Source: Kudoa neothunni
Taxonomy: Eukaryota > Animalia > Cnidaria
DNA length: 64,000 nt
Assembly (NCBI GenBank): GCA_964304625.1
Contig: OZ199840.1
Location: forward strand, 7,541,368 to 7,605,367
Direction: 5' to 3'
Position numbers and translations under genes: made by a program. The stretch's first letter is position 1, and every line of letters starts with the position of its first letter. Below the pieces are notes generated by a model, which saw nothing but the letters and a program-made list of their open reading frames with translations, did no database searches and was not told where the DNA came from. Below are positions 26,291 through 38,900 of this stretch, in pieces.

Positions 26291-26434
26291 TAGAAAGTTA
26301 TTCTATTCTTAATTCCATAATGGACCGATATAGTGTTGATGAATTACCTTCAATAATTCACGACAATTAAGATTCTTTTAGATGAAGAAAAATTCGTTAT
26401 CATTCCATAAAATTATGTTATAAGTTATAAGAAA

Positions 26435-26470
26435 TTTGGCGGTCATATACGATTAATGCTGCGCGCGCGC
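26435..26470 (+). promoter_or_regulatory. E2F-like site (TTTGGCGG) and GCGC run upstream of NDC80
   Basis: TTTGGCGG at ~26435-26442 and TGCGCGCGCGC at 26460-26470, 15-50 bp upstream of the ATG of a mitotic gene in otherwise CpG-poor DNA. Confidence 0.4.
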
Positions 26471-26483
26471 CAGAACAACCTTA

Positions 26484-29400
26484 ATGAATAGTCAATCTTC
26501 TCTCAACTTAAGGGATCCTCGGTCTAAAGTGTCTTCGTCGCACAGTGCAAAAATGAGCAACGAATTGTTCACAGTATCATCACCTAACAATGGCGCACAA
26601 TATAACAATGGATTTAGTTTTTGAAACAAATCGGTCATGAAAAATCCCGGCAAACCCCTTTAAACTCCCTGAAAAATGTTGGTCAAATAATGACTGATCT
26701 GTTTCGTCAACTTCAACCAAACTATAACTTTGAACGGAGGATCGAAGATGAATTTGTGCGTTTATTGCGAACCTTGCAGTATATTTTAACTGACAATAAA
26801 AACAACTACACTGATTTAACTTTATTTGACTAAATTAAGCTAAGTTAGCTGAACCAGTCGGGTGTCTATTTTTTATGGTCAAACACTCCACTGTTTAGAT
26901 ACCCTTATCAAATAACAAAAAATGATATGTATCAACTACAGAACAATCGATCGTCTGGAATGATGTTGTCAGCATTGCATTGGTTGATGGAAGTTGTTAA
27001 GGTAAATTAATCAATGGGTATGTGTTTTATGATCGTTGTATCTGATCGATTATTTATTGTAGTACGCCTTAACGTTTAATCCTGAAGAATTCACCATAGA
27101 AAAAGATAATGACCATGCTAACGCCAACCACAATGTAATGTGAATTAATATTGTTGTTGTTGTTAGAATATAACTCTAAATCTTTTAATTTTACTCCAAA
27201 AACTAACATTCGTAATCGATTATAGAAATTAAAATGGGAGCTTCTGTATTGTCTTATACAAATGAAGGATGATAGCGAAAAACAAATGGATATTGTGAAC
27301 AACTTCAATGAGCAACTTCGTAATGTTACCTAATATGTAGCAGTGTTGTATATGTGAGAAATTAGGGGAACAAGAAATGGAGGGTGTTGATGTAGAAAGT
27401 ATCGACAATCTACCCACACACCTTTGTTATTTGATTTGACTTTTGTTAGATTTGGGTAACGTTCAACACACGTTAGAAAAATTGGAATCTGAGGATATTG
27501 ATTTAAAGGAAAAATCCTCTATATTTACTGTAAAATAATTTAAAATATTAATCATATTCACTTCCTATGCTATGCGATTAGACTCAAATTGAAAAGCTCA
27601 ACAAAGATATTGTTGTCATGGATGGAAATATGTTATTAATTCTATCATTTACTGAACAGTTGAGGTTATAATTAGCACCTTTTAGAGAAAAAATTGATGA
27701 ATTCTTGGAAAATATGTTCAACTATAACTCCAACATTATTGAAGAAATCAAAGAAGCTGCTGAAGCTGTCCAACAACAAACCGAAAACTTACAACTCCTT
27801 AATGAGGATATTCACAACGCAAAAGTATACGACGCGTCGATATTTTTATTTAATTTGCAAACAGTAAACATTTGATTATTTGTTGGGATTTTTGTAGGAA
27901 ATCGTTCGTTCTCAGCCGTTCACAGTGGAAGAATATTCCAACATGAAAGATAAAATGAATCAAAATAAACTCAAAATTTCAGATTATGATAATCAACTTA
28001 ATCGAATGAATTCGAAATACAATGAAATCAAGAGTGACATTAACAATCTAAGAGCTATTGTGAGTTTAGATTTCTATGATCATCTCATATTTTGTCTATT
28101 ATCTTTTGATTATAGCTGCAGAAGAGCTGTGATGAAATTCGAAACCATTGTAACGACATTCAAAATTACCCATATTTAAAAGGTTTTCTCAATGAAAACG
28201 CTGTTCCTATTGGCCCGATTGAACCAACCGATCTGTCGGATACCAGCCAGTTAGTTACTGATGAAACCATTTGCTGCTTTCTAGAAGAGAACAATATTAA
28301 AGTTGATTTAATTTTGAACTTTAAAAAATTGGGGAATAAAAGAAATTTTGATAATTATGTGATATCCCTAGAGAATTTGATAGGTTTTAATTTCAGATTA
28401 TTAATTTTACACACATAAGCTAAACTTTAGTCAGATTATCATATTCGCTTTTTACCTACATATTATTTAAGTAAATAAGCAATTTACCTCACTTTCTGAA
28501 ATCTAGATTGAAAAACTCTCTCCTTAAGACAATTTTCATAATACCGCTATTAACCATCTAATGCAGCAGTTCTTAACTTGGGATCCGAGAACGAATCCAA
28601 CTGTATCACCATACATTCATTATAATTAGGTATTCTTAAACGTTAGCGTGATGGTTAAAAATTTTAAATATACCTTTGCGTTATTGTTTCTTTAAATATT
28701 TTTGATTTATTACAAAATTTCCTTGTTTTAGAATTTATTTTGTAAAAGGAATCTATAAAAACAAAAGTTATTCAGTAGGTTATCTGATGAAAACTGAAAA
28801 TTTCCAAAATATACTTCTTAATGTTTCAGAGTATGCAATTAGATTGATTACTCTTTTTACAACAGCCTATTATTGCGAAACTAGATTTCCGTGCTGGTTA
28901 CCACAAATAAGTCTCGAAAACGCTTATATGCGTTTTGCTCTTTCAAATACTTGTCAGAATTCTGCGAACTTATTGACAACAAGAAACTACAATAATCTCA
29001 TTAAGTATTCTTTTACTGTCTATTATTTATAAAAAAGTAGGATTCTGTCATTAATCTCGCGTTCTATTATATAATAATTCTTCGTTTGTTAACTCTGTAT
29101 TGTAGTAAACACAATAATTAACGAACATAAAGATTTTATGTAGTGAAAATATTTCGAATATTACAAGAACATTTTTCCTCACATTTTGTATGGATTTTAC
29201 TCTCAAATATTTACCCATGTATAGATAAAAATTCAACGAATTTCATTAAATTTTTATTTTTTAATATTATGCATCATTGTCTATATTTGGTTAGAATTTG
29301 AATAATTTTTATTTTTTTGTTTTAATATCAAAAATAATTCAAGTATTAGTGATTACAAATTTTTAATACGTATTTTTAATCAAAAGTATTACATAATTAA

Positions 29401-31352
29401 TTTACTTTAAAAATATTTAACGATAATTTTTTTTTAATCTGTTTACTGAAGTGAACAATGGGAACGAAAGAGTAAATGTTTATATGTATGATTGGATTCT
29501 GCATTAAACCCAGATGGGGGTCCACGAGGAAGAAAGGTTAAAAACCTCTGCTCTAATATACTAAAAATCGACTGCACTACGATGAATTTTAAATGGCAGG
29601 TGGTAAATTAAGTGACATCAAACTTTGATAGGAGCAATTTTTGTATAGAGGGGTTTGTGACATACATAAGGGTTCCTAAGGAATGATATTATTCAGGACT
29701 GTTAAACCTAGTAAGAAGTTGGCAGGAATGCTTATAATGTTTTTAAGAAAAAGTACTTAATAACTATTTATGAAACTGTAATCGGTCTCTTCCTTATATG
29801 GCTCGTTTATTTTTATTGATGTAGTCTAATAATTATAAATATTTAAAGTGGCACTTTGCATGGTAAATAATATTTTGATGTGACTAGTTTTGACTATTTA
29901 TAATTATTTGTGTACCCTAAAAGCGAAGAATTGGAATAGGAACATTCAATTTAGCAAAATCTAAGAAATTAAATCTGTAGACATCTTGTGAGTACGAGTT
30001 GATGTGATTAAAGATTGTCATTATACAAACGTACATGCCTTTTGGGATCGGAATTACCCCTCAAATGGTCTCTGCCATAGGCAACCCCGTATAAGACCTT
30101 AAAGTAAATATGAATTAGACTTCCAAGTTAGGGGATAAATTTGAAAAAACGATTGAGAACCCCTACATTACTACATTAGAAGGTTATTGGTGGTTTTTTA
30201 GTAGACGTGAGATTGATGCATATTGCATAATTGTGAATCCCGATTTTTTATAATTTTTACAAAACTAGCAACTGTCATTATACATATATTAAACTGATAT
30301 AGAATTTTATGCAACAATAAAAACAATGCTTCACCAATAAATAAACATTAACGATTTTCCGCTCATAATCTATGACTTATATAAATATTTCATAACTGTA
30401 TAATCTTTATAAAGTCGGCTTGAACTATATCAAAAGTATTATTGTTTAAAAATTGCTTCTTTATAATAATATGACCCAATTTTGGTGCATCAAAAACGAT
30501 AACTCAAGTTGGTTAATTAGACAAATTTATTGGTGCTTTAAAGCTATGGTTAATTATGGATATTGTGTAATAAATGTGTTATTATCAATTAAGAATATTT
30601 GAATCCCCGATTTTTTAAAGCTCTAGTTGTAATGTGGTGTAATTTTTAAACAATGAACGCAGGAAAATTTGAAAAATTGTGAAAGCATTGTACATGCATT
30701 GTGGCAGAAAATCGAGAAAGAAAACGAATCATTGAACCATTCGATCAAAAGCGTATTTGTTATTTGGCATTATTGAAAATGTCAGTATTTTTTAATTGGT
30801 AATTCTAGAAAAATAATCAAATTGGCCAACTTGAAATCGAAATAGAAAAATACAACAGAGAATTAGCTCATTTGGAATCTCAGTGTCAAAATTTGGAAAA
30901 AGTAAATGCTCAATAGAACACCGATAATTAATTTATCCAGCCATTTATTCTGAATTATTATACTCTTTTTTGTGTATTTATAGAGAACCAGACTTACTAA
31001 TACTGAATTGACATCTATCAACGAACGGATTTTCAACTTGAAAAGATCTAAACTCGTTGCCGACCAGGATATTTTTCAGCTAGAATCTTCACTCGAGACC
31101 GTACAAGAAAAACAACACATGGAAAAACTCAAAAACAGCGAACTTATCAAACAGCTAGACGCAAAATACGACCAAACTTTTAGCAAATGTCTCCAAGTTT
31201 CGTTGTCGGAGCTTGTATGTTTTACACGATTTATTTATTGTATTGACTTATTTTCTCATTAGGAAAGGTTAAAATCGGCTGAAAAATATTTTGGCGCCAA
31301 AGCTATTGACATCAAACGATTCTGCGAAATAGATTCCTTTTCCAACATTTAA
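26484..31352 (+). CDS. NDC80: Kinetochore protein NDC80/Hec1 (multi-exon)
   Basis: Spliced MNSQSSLNLRDPRSK...FLKQIG...LFRQLQPNYNFERRIEDEFVRLLRTLQYPYQITK...MLSALHWLMEVVK matches the Ndc80 CH domain (xDPR, EEE....LK.L.YP, ALHWL). Followed by coiled coils and a loop-like segment; stop TAA at 31350-31352; ~2.36-kb intron 28302-30662. Confidence 0.85.
28564..29550 (+). mobile_element. Internally deleted hAT (Charlie/Buster) element in the NDC80 intron
   Basis: Ends CAGCAGTTCTTAAC / GTTAAAAACCTCTG; degenerate 8-bp TSD ATCTAATG / CTCTAATA; dimerization-domain remnant AIRLITLFTTAYYCETRF. Confidence 0.75.
29790..30170 (+). repeat. Dispersed non-coding repeat family; other copies at ~39800-40070 (+) and ~43350-44300 (-)
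   Basis: Shared blocks GATGTAGTCTAA, AAATCTGTAGACA...GAGTTGAT..GATTAAA...CGTACATGCC (two of the copies), and the terminal ATATGAATT..ACTTCCAA...GGGG...AATTT.A.AAA.CG...GAGAACCC. Confidence 0.65.
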
Positions 31353-31599
31353 AAAAAGGAGGCATATTTGAAAGGCTGATGTTATTAATATTATTAACAG
31401 GTGTTTTGATTATTTTACTTTTCTATTACATATATTCTTTGTATAAATGTATATAATTTTTTATGTGTTACCATAATTAGTAGTTAGATTTTGGTGCACT
31501 AATGCGCTAAGGCTAAGAAATAATTTTTGGTTGGAATTTTAAAATACAAAACAAACTTAGCGAAAATATGATGTTAATAAACAAAGTTAGTTTCGACTT

Positions 31600-32305
31600 T
31601 CAAAAATGCCAAAGAATCATTGGTCTTTTGAATTCGCGCTGATTGCCTTTTTCGGCTGGCGGGGGATCACTCGTACTGTCAGCAGATTGTGATTCATTAT
31701 CGCTTTCATCCTCGTTATCATTATTATCCTCATCATTTTTGTGTTTTTTCTTTTTATCTTTTTTCTTATCCTTCTTTTTTTTGTCTTTTTTCTTGTCCTT
31801 CTTTTTTTTCTTATCTTTTTTACTAGACTCAGCAGGAGGTGGATCAATTATAGAGAAATCCGGCACTGTGTCAATACAGCTAAAAGCCATCATTTAATGT
31901 GATCAGCTATTATCACATACTAAAATCGTTGAATGTTCGGTGTGACAAAGCGTTCTTCAACTCGGTAAGGTAAAGTTGTTAACCAAGGCTATAATAGCAA
32001 ACAAATTATCTTGAAAAATCGATTATAATCCCTGTCATAAAGTACCTTTCGAATACACGCCCTTTTCGTATATTTATAAAATTGGCAGCATGCACATGAG
32101 CAATCTTTGGTATTCAAACAAATAATTAATTTGTTAGCATCCCCATATGCGTCAATGATTTCAGTTTCATCAACACTACAACCAATTCTGTTTCTCTCAC
32201 TTCGATACATCTTGCATAGCATTGAAAGTGGAACCAATGACCAACAACCACCATAGAAAACCACTCGATTGAACATTACTCAGATGGATAAATTTGACGC
32301 ACAGC
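31600..32305 (-). CDS. Orphan protein: Cys-rich segment, Lys/Asp repeat and acidic tract
   Basis: Phase-consistent splicing gives ..DCSCACCQFYKYTKRACIRK|PWLTTLPYRVEERFVTPNIQRFY|CIDTVPDFSIIDPPPAESS(KKD-rich)HKNDEDNNDNEDESD..; stop at 31600. The 5' end is unresolved. Confidence 0.55.
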
Positions 32306-33613
32306 GGCGTCTATTATCGACATTTATTGGCTTAGATGAATTAATCTGTTATTTTTTGGGTACAAGTTAATTATACAAAATCATTGATAATTTTTATTGC
32401 TATAGAAACATCATTATACCTCAATAAATAAATTGATTATTTAATATCAACATATATTTTTTAAGTTGTACAAAAATATATTTTACTTTATTTTATAATT
32501 AATATATTTAATAATGTAATGCAATCATCAAATAATAAACACAGATAACGAACGATAATCCATCTAATTTATCGCGTGCGCACCACTACTAAGTTATGTT
32601 GAATTGATTACACTTAGGGGCTGTGTTGATTTCTGAGAGGCCGAAAATCGAGGGATGGAATCGTGGGTTTTCGACTATCGATAACTATAGGTTTCTTAGA
32701 ATTTCGATGGTTTATTTGTTTAGTTTCCTTATTGCGAATGATTACGTAGGAATCATAAATGTTCAAATTTAATTTTATGATTAATTTCAAAAGCTTCCTT
32801 CTGCTACTTCTGAAAGTGTGAAAGTTTTATTTTCACTTAGGACAATTTATTTTACAAATATATTAAATTATTACTAAGCTTAGTATTAACTAAATTATTT
32901 GTGAACGAGACGCAATCTGTCACTATGCAGCATTAAAATTACGCTCTAGTTCAAAATGGAGTGTATGTCAGCATTATTCACCTTTACAAAATATGTGAAT
33001 TAAAATGTGAACGAATTTTATGGTAAAATATCGCACAAATCAACTGATTACGTTAGTTTAACGCACTCCCCCTGCATCGAAATATGATGGCGATCTCTTT
33101 ATCATTTTACAACCTTTTTTGTCTCGTTGAACCTCCATAGCTATCTGGTACTTTTTACAACCTCCAATGAAACATGGGGTAAATCCGTTGAAAGGGTATT
33201 TATCCGCGCGTACCTTATACTATTTCTCGATAAATGTACAATAATAGTTGAAAAATACGATTAATTCCATTTACAAAATTCGACATTATTTTTCACCAAA
33301 ATTTTAACATTTTATTAATATATTTCGTTGAAGTTGGAATTTCAAGCTCGTGTCTCAAAAGTAATGATAGAACCCACCATTATACAAAATTCTTATACTT
33401 CTAATTTTTAAACAGATTAGATCAGTAACATTAAGAAACTAAGGATATTCAGAGTTTTAAAAGTATAGAAATTTATTCTGAAATAACTAATAAACCCTTC
33501 TAACCTATAGATAAACGAATTTTAAATCATACATAGAACGGAAACCGAATCCACATTATCAATTAGTTAAAATGGCACTCCACTCATGCGCACGCGTGAA
33601 TAAAGCGAAATGA

Positions 33614-34084
33614 ATGCCCAGGACCCCCTTTGAACAATTTCTTCTTTTAGATCGAGAGGTCAAGTACTTCAGTAAATTATCAAAAAACTATCCGACATAA
33701 AATTATAGGGTAACACTTCAAACCGATTTCAAAGTTCCAAACACATGCAGTTATGTGATTTTGAAAGAAGATCACACATTGGGAGCTATCATACAAGCGT
33801 AATTCTAGTTGTTAGACAGGTTCTGTTGGATTTTGGCTGACATAAGATTTAATAGAAAACTTCTCACTAATAAAGATGTGTTGTTTGCGGCCTACAGAAA
33901 ACCTCATCCTTTAGAACACAAAATAATCATCCGGGTGCAAACCAACGGAAAAATTAGTCCCAATGAAGCTATAAATAAAGCTATCAATTCTATTATGTCC
34001 AATTGCAATGCGTTGACGGAACAATTTGATGTATCTGTTTTGTATTTATTTATAGGATAATTTTTTTAGATCCTTTTTGCCTGA
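33614..34084 (+). CDS. POLR2J: RNA polymerase II subunit RPB11
   Basis: Four exons: PFEQFLLLDREVK|VTLQTDFKVPNTCSYVILKEDHTLGAIIQA|KLLTNKDVLFAAYRKPHPLEHKIIIRVQT...; EDHTLG and YxxPHPL are RPB11 signatures. The start is ambiguous (33610 versus 33614), as is the last acceptor. Confidence 0.93.
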
Positions 34085-35993
34085 ATGGTAGTAGTAATAG
34101 TAATGGTTACTTTAAATTGTCAGCTGTTGCTTAGTTACTTCTGTACACTGTATAAATGTATCATCAATATTTAAATTTTCCATTCATGTCGTTTTATTAA
34201 TGCAATGGCTGTGAGGGAAATTTGAAACATTTATTTTATTGTGGTGATTCTCACTCTATTTAAATTTACATCCTCTAATATTTCGATAAACCATATGATA
34301 TTCCAGAAAAAAGAGAAATACCTAGAGATTTATTTTAGATTAGCGTATTTTATTGAGGGCATTTTTTGGCATCTTGCTCGATGAAATTAGATTAGTCTCA
34401 GATTTATGCACGGGAAAACACTTTATCAAATTTTCGAAATAATTACCTTTATTGGTTAAGAATATTTTAGGCCGCTCTATAAATTTATAATGAATCTCGA
34501 AATCTCCCATGTACATTAGAATATTTGTTGTATGTTGCATAATAGTTATTGAAATCTATGATAGCTGTAATGTAAAATAAATTTAGTGATAAAATACACT
34601 AAATTTAGATAAAAATCGTATGTTGATTATTTTGAAAGAGAGCTATTTTAGTATGTATTATTAATACATACTAAAATATAATATTTATTGCTAAACTCGT
34701 AGGGTTTGATTAACTATGATCTAATTTTTACTGAATTACACATGTTTAGTTGTACTTAAAAAGTAAGATACTGCTACGCCAGAAAATACTAGACATTGTG
34801 CATGACCGAAAAATATGGAATAGTTAGACTAACTTGTGAGATGCACGCGTTCCTCCCTTCCAAGAAAAAACGGGGGATCTGATACTTCCGATAATCAGAA
34901 TTCACTTGGCATTATTTCTGTATATAGTAATGGACCGGTCGTGTGTGCATTGACTATTTTACACATTAGAAGGTTCTCTCGTGTTTAAAAATATTTAAAA
35001 AATGACTTTATGTTATTATTACTCGCCTTTAAATAAGTTATGAGCATAATTGGCACAAAAAAAGCGAAAAATAAAAAGTCACGTGAGTATCGATCGTATG
35101 TACCTTTGACCGCGTGATTAAATTAAATGTTTTCTCCCTTTTTTATCACGATTAAACAGTTAGTGAGTTTTTATAATTACATCAATGTGGTAACTAGTTG
35201 AAAAATGGTGGATAAACATAGACACATGTTGTAGATGCATCGTAGTGTGGTTTATAATTATGTCCTCTCTAAGTCATAAAAGTAAGAATGGCGCAATGAC
35301 AGTCCCTCCCCAATAATTCAGAAACGAATGATGATTTTATTTATCAAAAATTGAGCCTTTCGGAGTTGGCCTTATTTTATTTAGAAAGACTTGGCCGTTA
35401 TTTTAAACATTTAAACATCATAGCTCAAAAAAGTGGGAGTTAATGTCTGATTACATTCCAGATGTTTATTCATATTTGAATCGTAATTTTAAACAAAAAA
35501 AGTATGTACTATCCGGCCGGGACCGGTATTACGTACGACCAATCCATTATTGTATTCCTACTCGAGTTGCATATACAAGCATGAGGTGGATTTTTGTTGG
35601 ACTTAAATTTAAGTGAATAATGTGAACTGGATTCTCAAAATTGATGGGAATTTTAAATCTCATATATACAACGAAAATTGAAAACTCAGATTACGCAGCA
35701 TAACTACTAATTATGTGATACGAAACTAGAATTTTCTGCTAAAAATCTAACCAAAATATTTTATTTTAGTCCTTCGTTAAAAAATCTTTAAACAAAATTC
35801 AAAAATTTATACTTCAAAGTAGAGTAAAAGTTATTCGGCAGCCGACCTAAACGAAATTATTGATTTTATCAATTTTGTAAAAGAGACCACAAAAAACAAG
35901 ACTCTCACTAAAGTAGATACTAAATCATGTCAGAGTCAAATGAAATATTGGCATAACTATAAAACAATGGTGGTTAATGTTGGTCACATGAAG

Positions 35994-38900
35994 TTAACTT
36001 GGGGTAGGACCCTCAGGAGTGCCGTTATTAGTGGTAGACGATTTCTTTTTCCTGATATTTGTTTCGGACACTTTTTCGACCATTTCTAGGGAAGTTTTAG
36101 TTCTTTCTCTAAGTTTTTCGTCCGTCAAGTTAATGCAATTCGTGGATACGAACTGCAGAATTTTGGTGAAAGATTGGTCACTTTTGACTGGAAACATAAA
36201 TAAAATTAAATTTCAGCAAGCATGTACGCGCAATTTGTTAAATTATGGTAAATCTTTGAGAAAAAAATATGTAAAAATACGTTTTGCCTTGATGGAATCG
36301 TTTTCGTTGTGTTCAAAAAGGTAACAGAAAAGAGAGCAGATCGATTGAAGCTGTTGCGAATTACTGAACAGCCATTGGCAAATCACGGCCACCATCATAC
36401 TCGGGAACCGGAGCAACCATTGGGTCACAACAAATTTGTAACATTCATTGAAATTTTTCATCAGCGTGTTGGAAAATAACTTCAAATTTGGCGTACCATT
36501 GGCTAAATGATGCAAGAGATGGTGTGTTACAAGGTGGTTATTGTCTTCAAGGTATTGAGAGAGAAACTCCACGTCGAATTGAAAACGAAAACTTCTCAAA
36601 AGAAGAAAAAACATTTCCTCCGTAAAAACATCCCATTGAGTCGAATTTTCTATAGTTGGTCAGTCAAAAAGTTATCAACAGCAACCACAAGTAATAGAAA
36701 ACAAATGGAGAAATTAATACTTAGCAAAAACATCATGGTATTGTTATCGAGACGTAAGCCAGAATTGAACTGATGTTTGGTGAGAATAGTGAGTATACTG
36801 GAACACTAACAAATCAATCACAATGGGTTTTATTAACTACTGTAGCTTACATTGTTTGGGTCCATTACTTTAATGAGATATTCGCACATACCAGTATCAT
36901 TGAGGATCAACTAAATCCAACATAATAGAACATTATTTTATTATACAATAGGTTGTGTTCCTTATTACCTTGGGCATGTCATGTAGCACGAATAACAAAA
37001 TGCTTTCAATGGCGCACAAATCATGATCATAACAGGTCTATAATTACAAGCGTAAGTCAATCAACCAATCTAGTCGCTCTAATAAAATAGATAGAAACCT
37101 TGATATCAATTTTGATGGTCTTTTCGTTAGATTTCACAAAGTTGTAGTAACATTTCAAGGAGTGCTTTCTATTTGGAATCAACCAAAGTGATTACTGTAT
37201 CAAAGTCAGTGTATAATAGAGAATGTACTTGGTGGCCAGATAATACATGAATGCATAATTAAATCGACAGTCAATATAATGCCATTGTGCGAATATAAAT
37301 TCCAAACATTTTCCAAGTTGAGTGTCGGCGTTGCTGTTGGCGAAACAACTAGATACGATAAAAAATAATCATGACATATCCGACCATTTAAGTATACTTA
37401 AATATATGGAACAAAATTGAGAGATCGGAAAATGTAAGGGATACTGACAAGTCATCAGCTCTACTGTAGGCAACACAACACGATAAATCTCTTAATGGTT
37501 CGCTGTCGAGTTCGAGTCCACTCTAAACAAATTTCAGATCACACATCCACCCTACCATTCAAAATTCGCAATTATAAAATACAGCATATTTCAAAATATT
37601 GTCAATTGCTGTTTCAATTTCTGAACTAAAAATCCCAGACGATCTGACATAAATCAAATTTTTTCGAACAGTCTCATCTTCGATTCTATTAAACTCAATC
37701 AGACTGTCAAGATCGCAACCCATTTGCGGTATATGGTTGTGGCTGAGAGCGTAAGTATAGCCTAGTTGTGGATGTCAGAATAATGGCAAAAATCATCACT
37801 CCGATTACCTGATATTGTGTCTTTATCTTTGTTGGATGACGGAGAAGTTTCATTTTTTTTTCTAAGTTTAATATCGGATACAGAATGAAAGCTGGCATGT
37901 GCAGATTCCTTGTTAAAACGATGGTTGGTAACCGACGATTGCAAATGAGAAGAAAAATCTTCTAGTGTAGCAGTTTTGTATGGGATATTATTGTCTCCAT
38001 TGAAAGATCTTTTCTCAGCTGAGCGTTTAACGCTCGTGTTGTTGACACTTTGCTCCAAGTTGATTTGATTTCCGCTGTCTACATATATTTTTGATACCAT
38101 CAATCCATAACTGACTCAAAAAAGATTACTTGTATTGCCGTAAACATTTATCACATTTGAAAATGTTTTTTCGAAGAGAACATTTATTTTGGGATATTTG
38201 GATAAAAATTCAATAAGTGGAATGAGAGAAGGAATAGCCTTCATCTCCAGCACCATTTTCAAAGCTCCATTTACATTGTTGTTTAATAGTTCTCTGCACT
38301 CTGGAAGATATTCATCAGTAGCCTAGTTGATGAGCCAGAATTGGTAAAAGTCACTATGGTATTTATCAATGTAGGAATTACTGTACACAAAAATTCAACC
38401 AGTGAGCGCGAAACCAACGGATGGGATTCAAAAGAGTTGTAAATCAACAATATAGCAGGCTCTATTTGAAGTTAAATTTCAGGGCAACAAATTCATATAG
38501 TCAATAACTAGATATTATTGGCTATATTACCTAGATTCATTATCGAGGTCGGTTGGTGATCGAAAAAGAACCAATCATAAAACAACGCATAACGACTACT
38601 ATCACTAACTCGCGGGTGATCCTACGGAATATGGAAATATATATGGTATTTCAGTACAAGGAAAGGTATACTTTTGCGATAAAAAGCAACTGACCTATAA
38701 GAGCCCAGCGCTGAACGATATCCGAATTTATAATCTCGTTGGTTGGGTGAATCACACAACATATGTAACGAATCAAAGAAGGAATAAGTTCGATATTCTC
38801 ACGATCCTCAAAGTGCTAAAAAGAAAAAATTCAATGTTTATTTATGATAAATATTCAACGATTAGAATTAAGCCTTAAGTTAGGTTAGCTAAATTATGCA

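Noticed and set aside
31643-31897. Hydrophobic Phe/Leu/Ser ORF resembling a membrane protein
   Set aside because: It is the antisense shadow of the Lys/Asp repeat.
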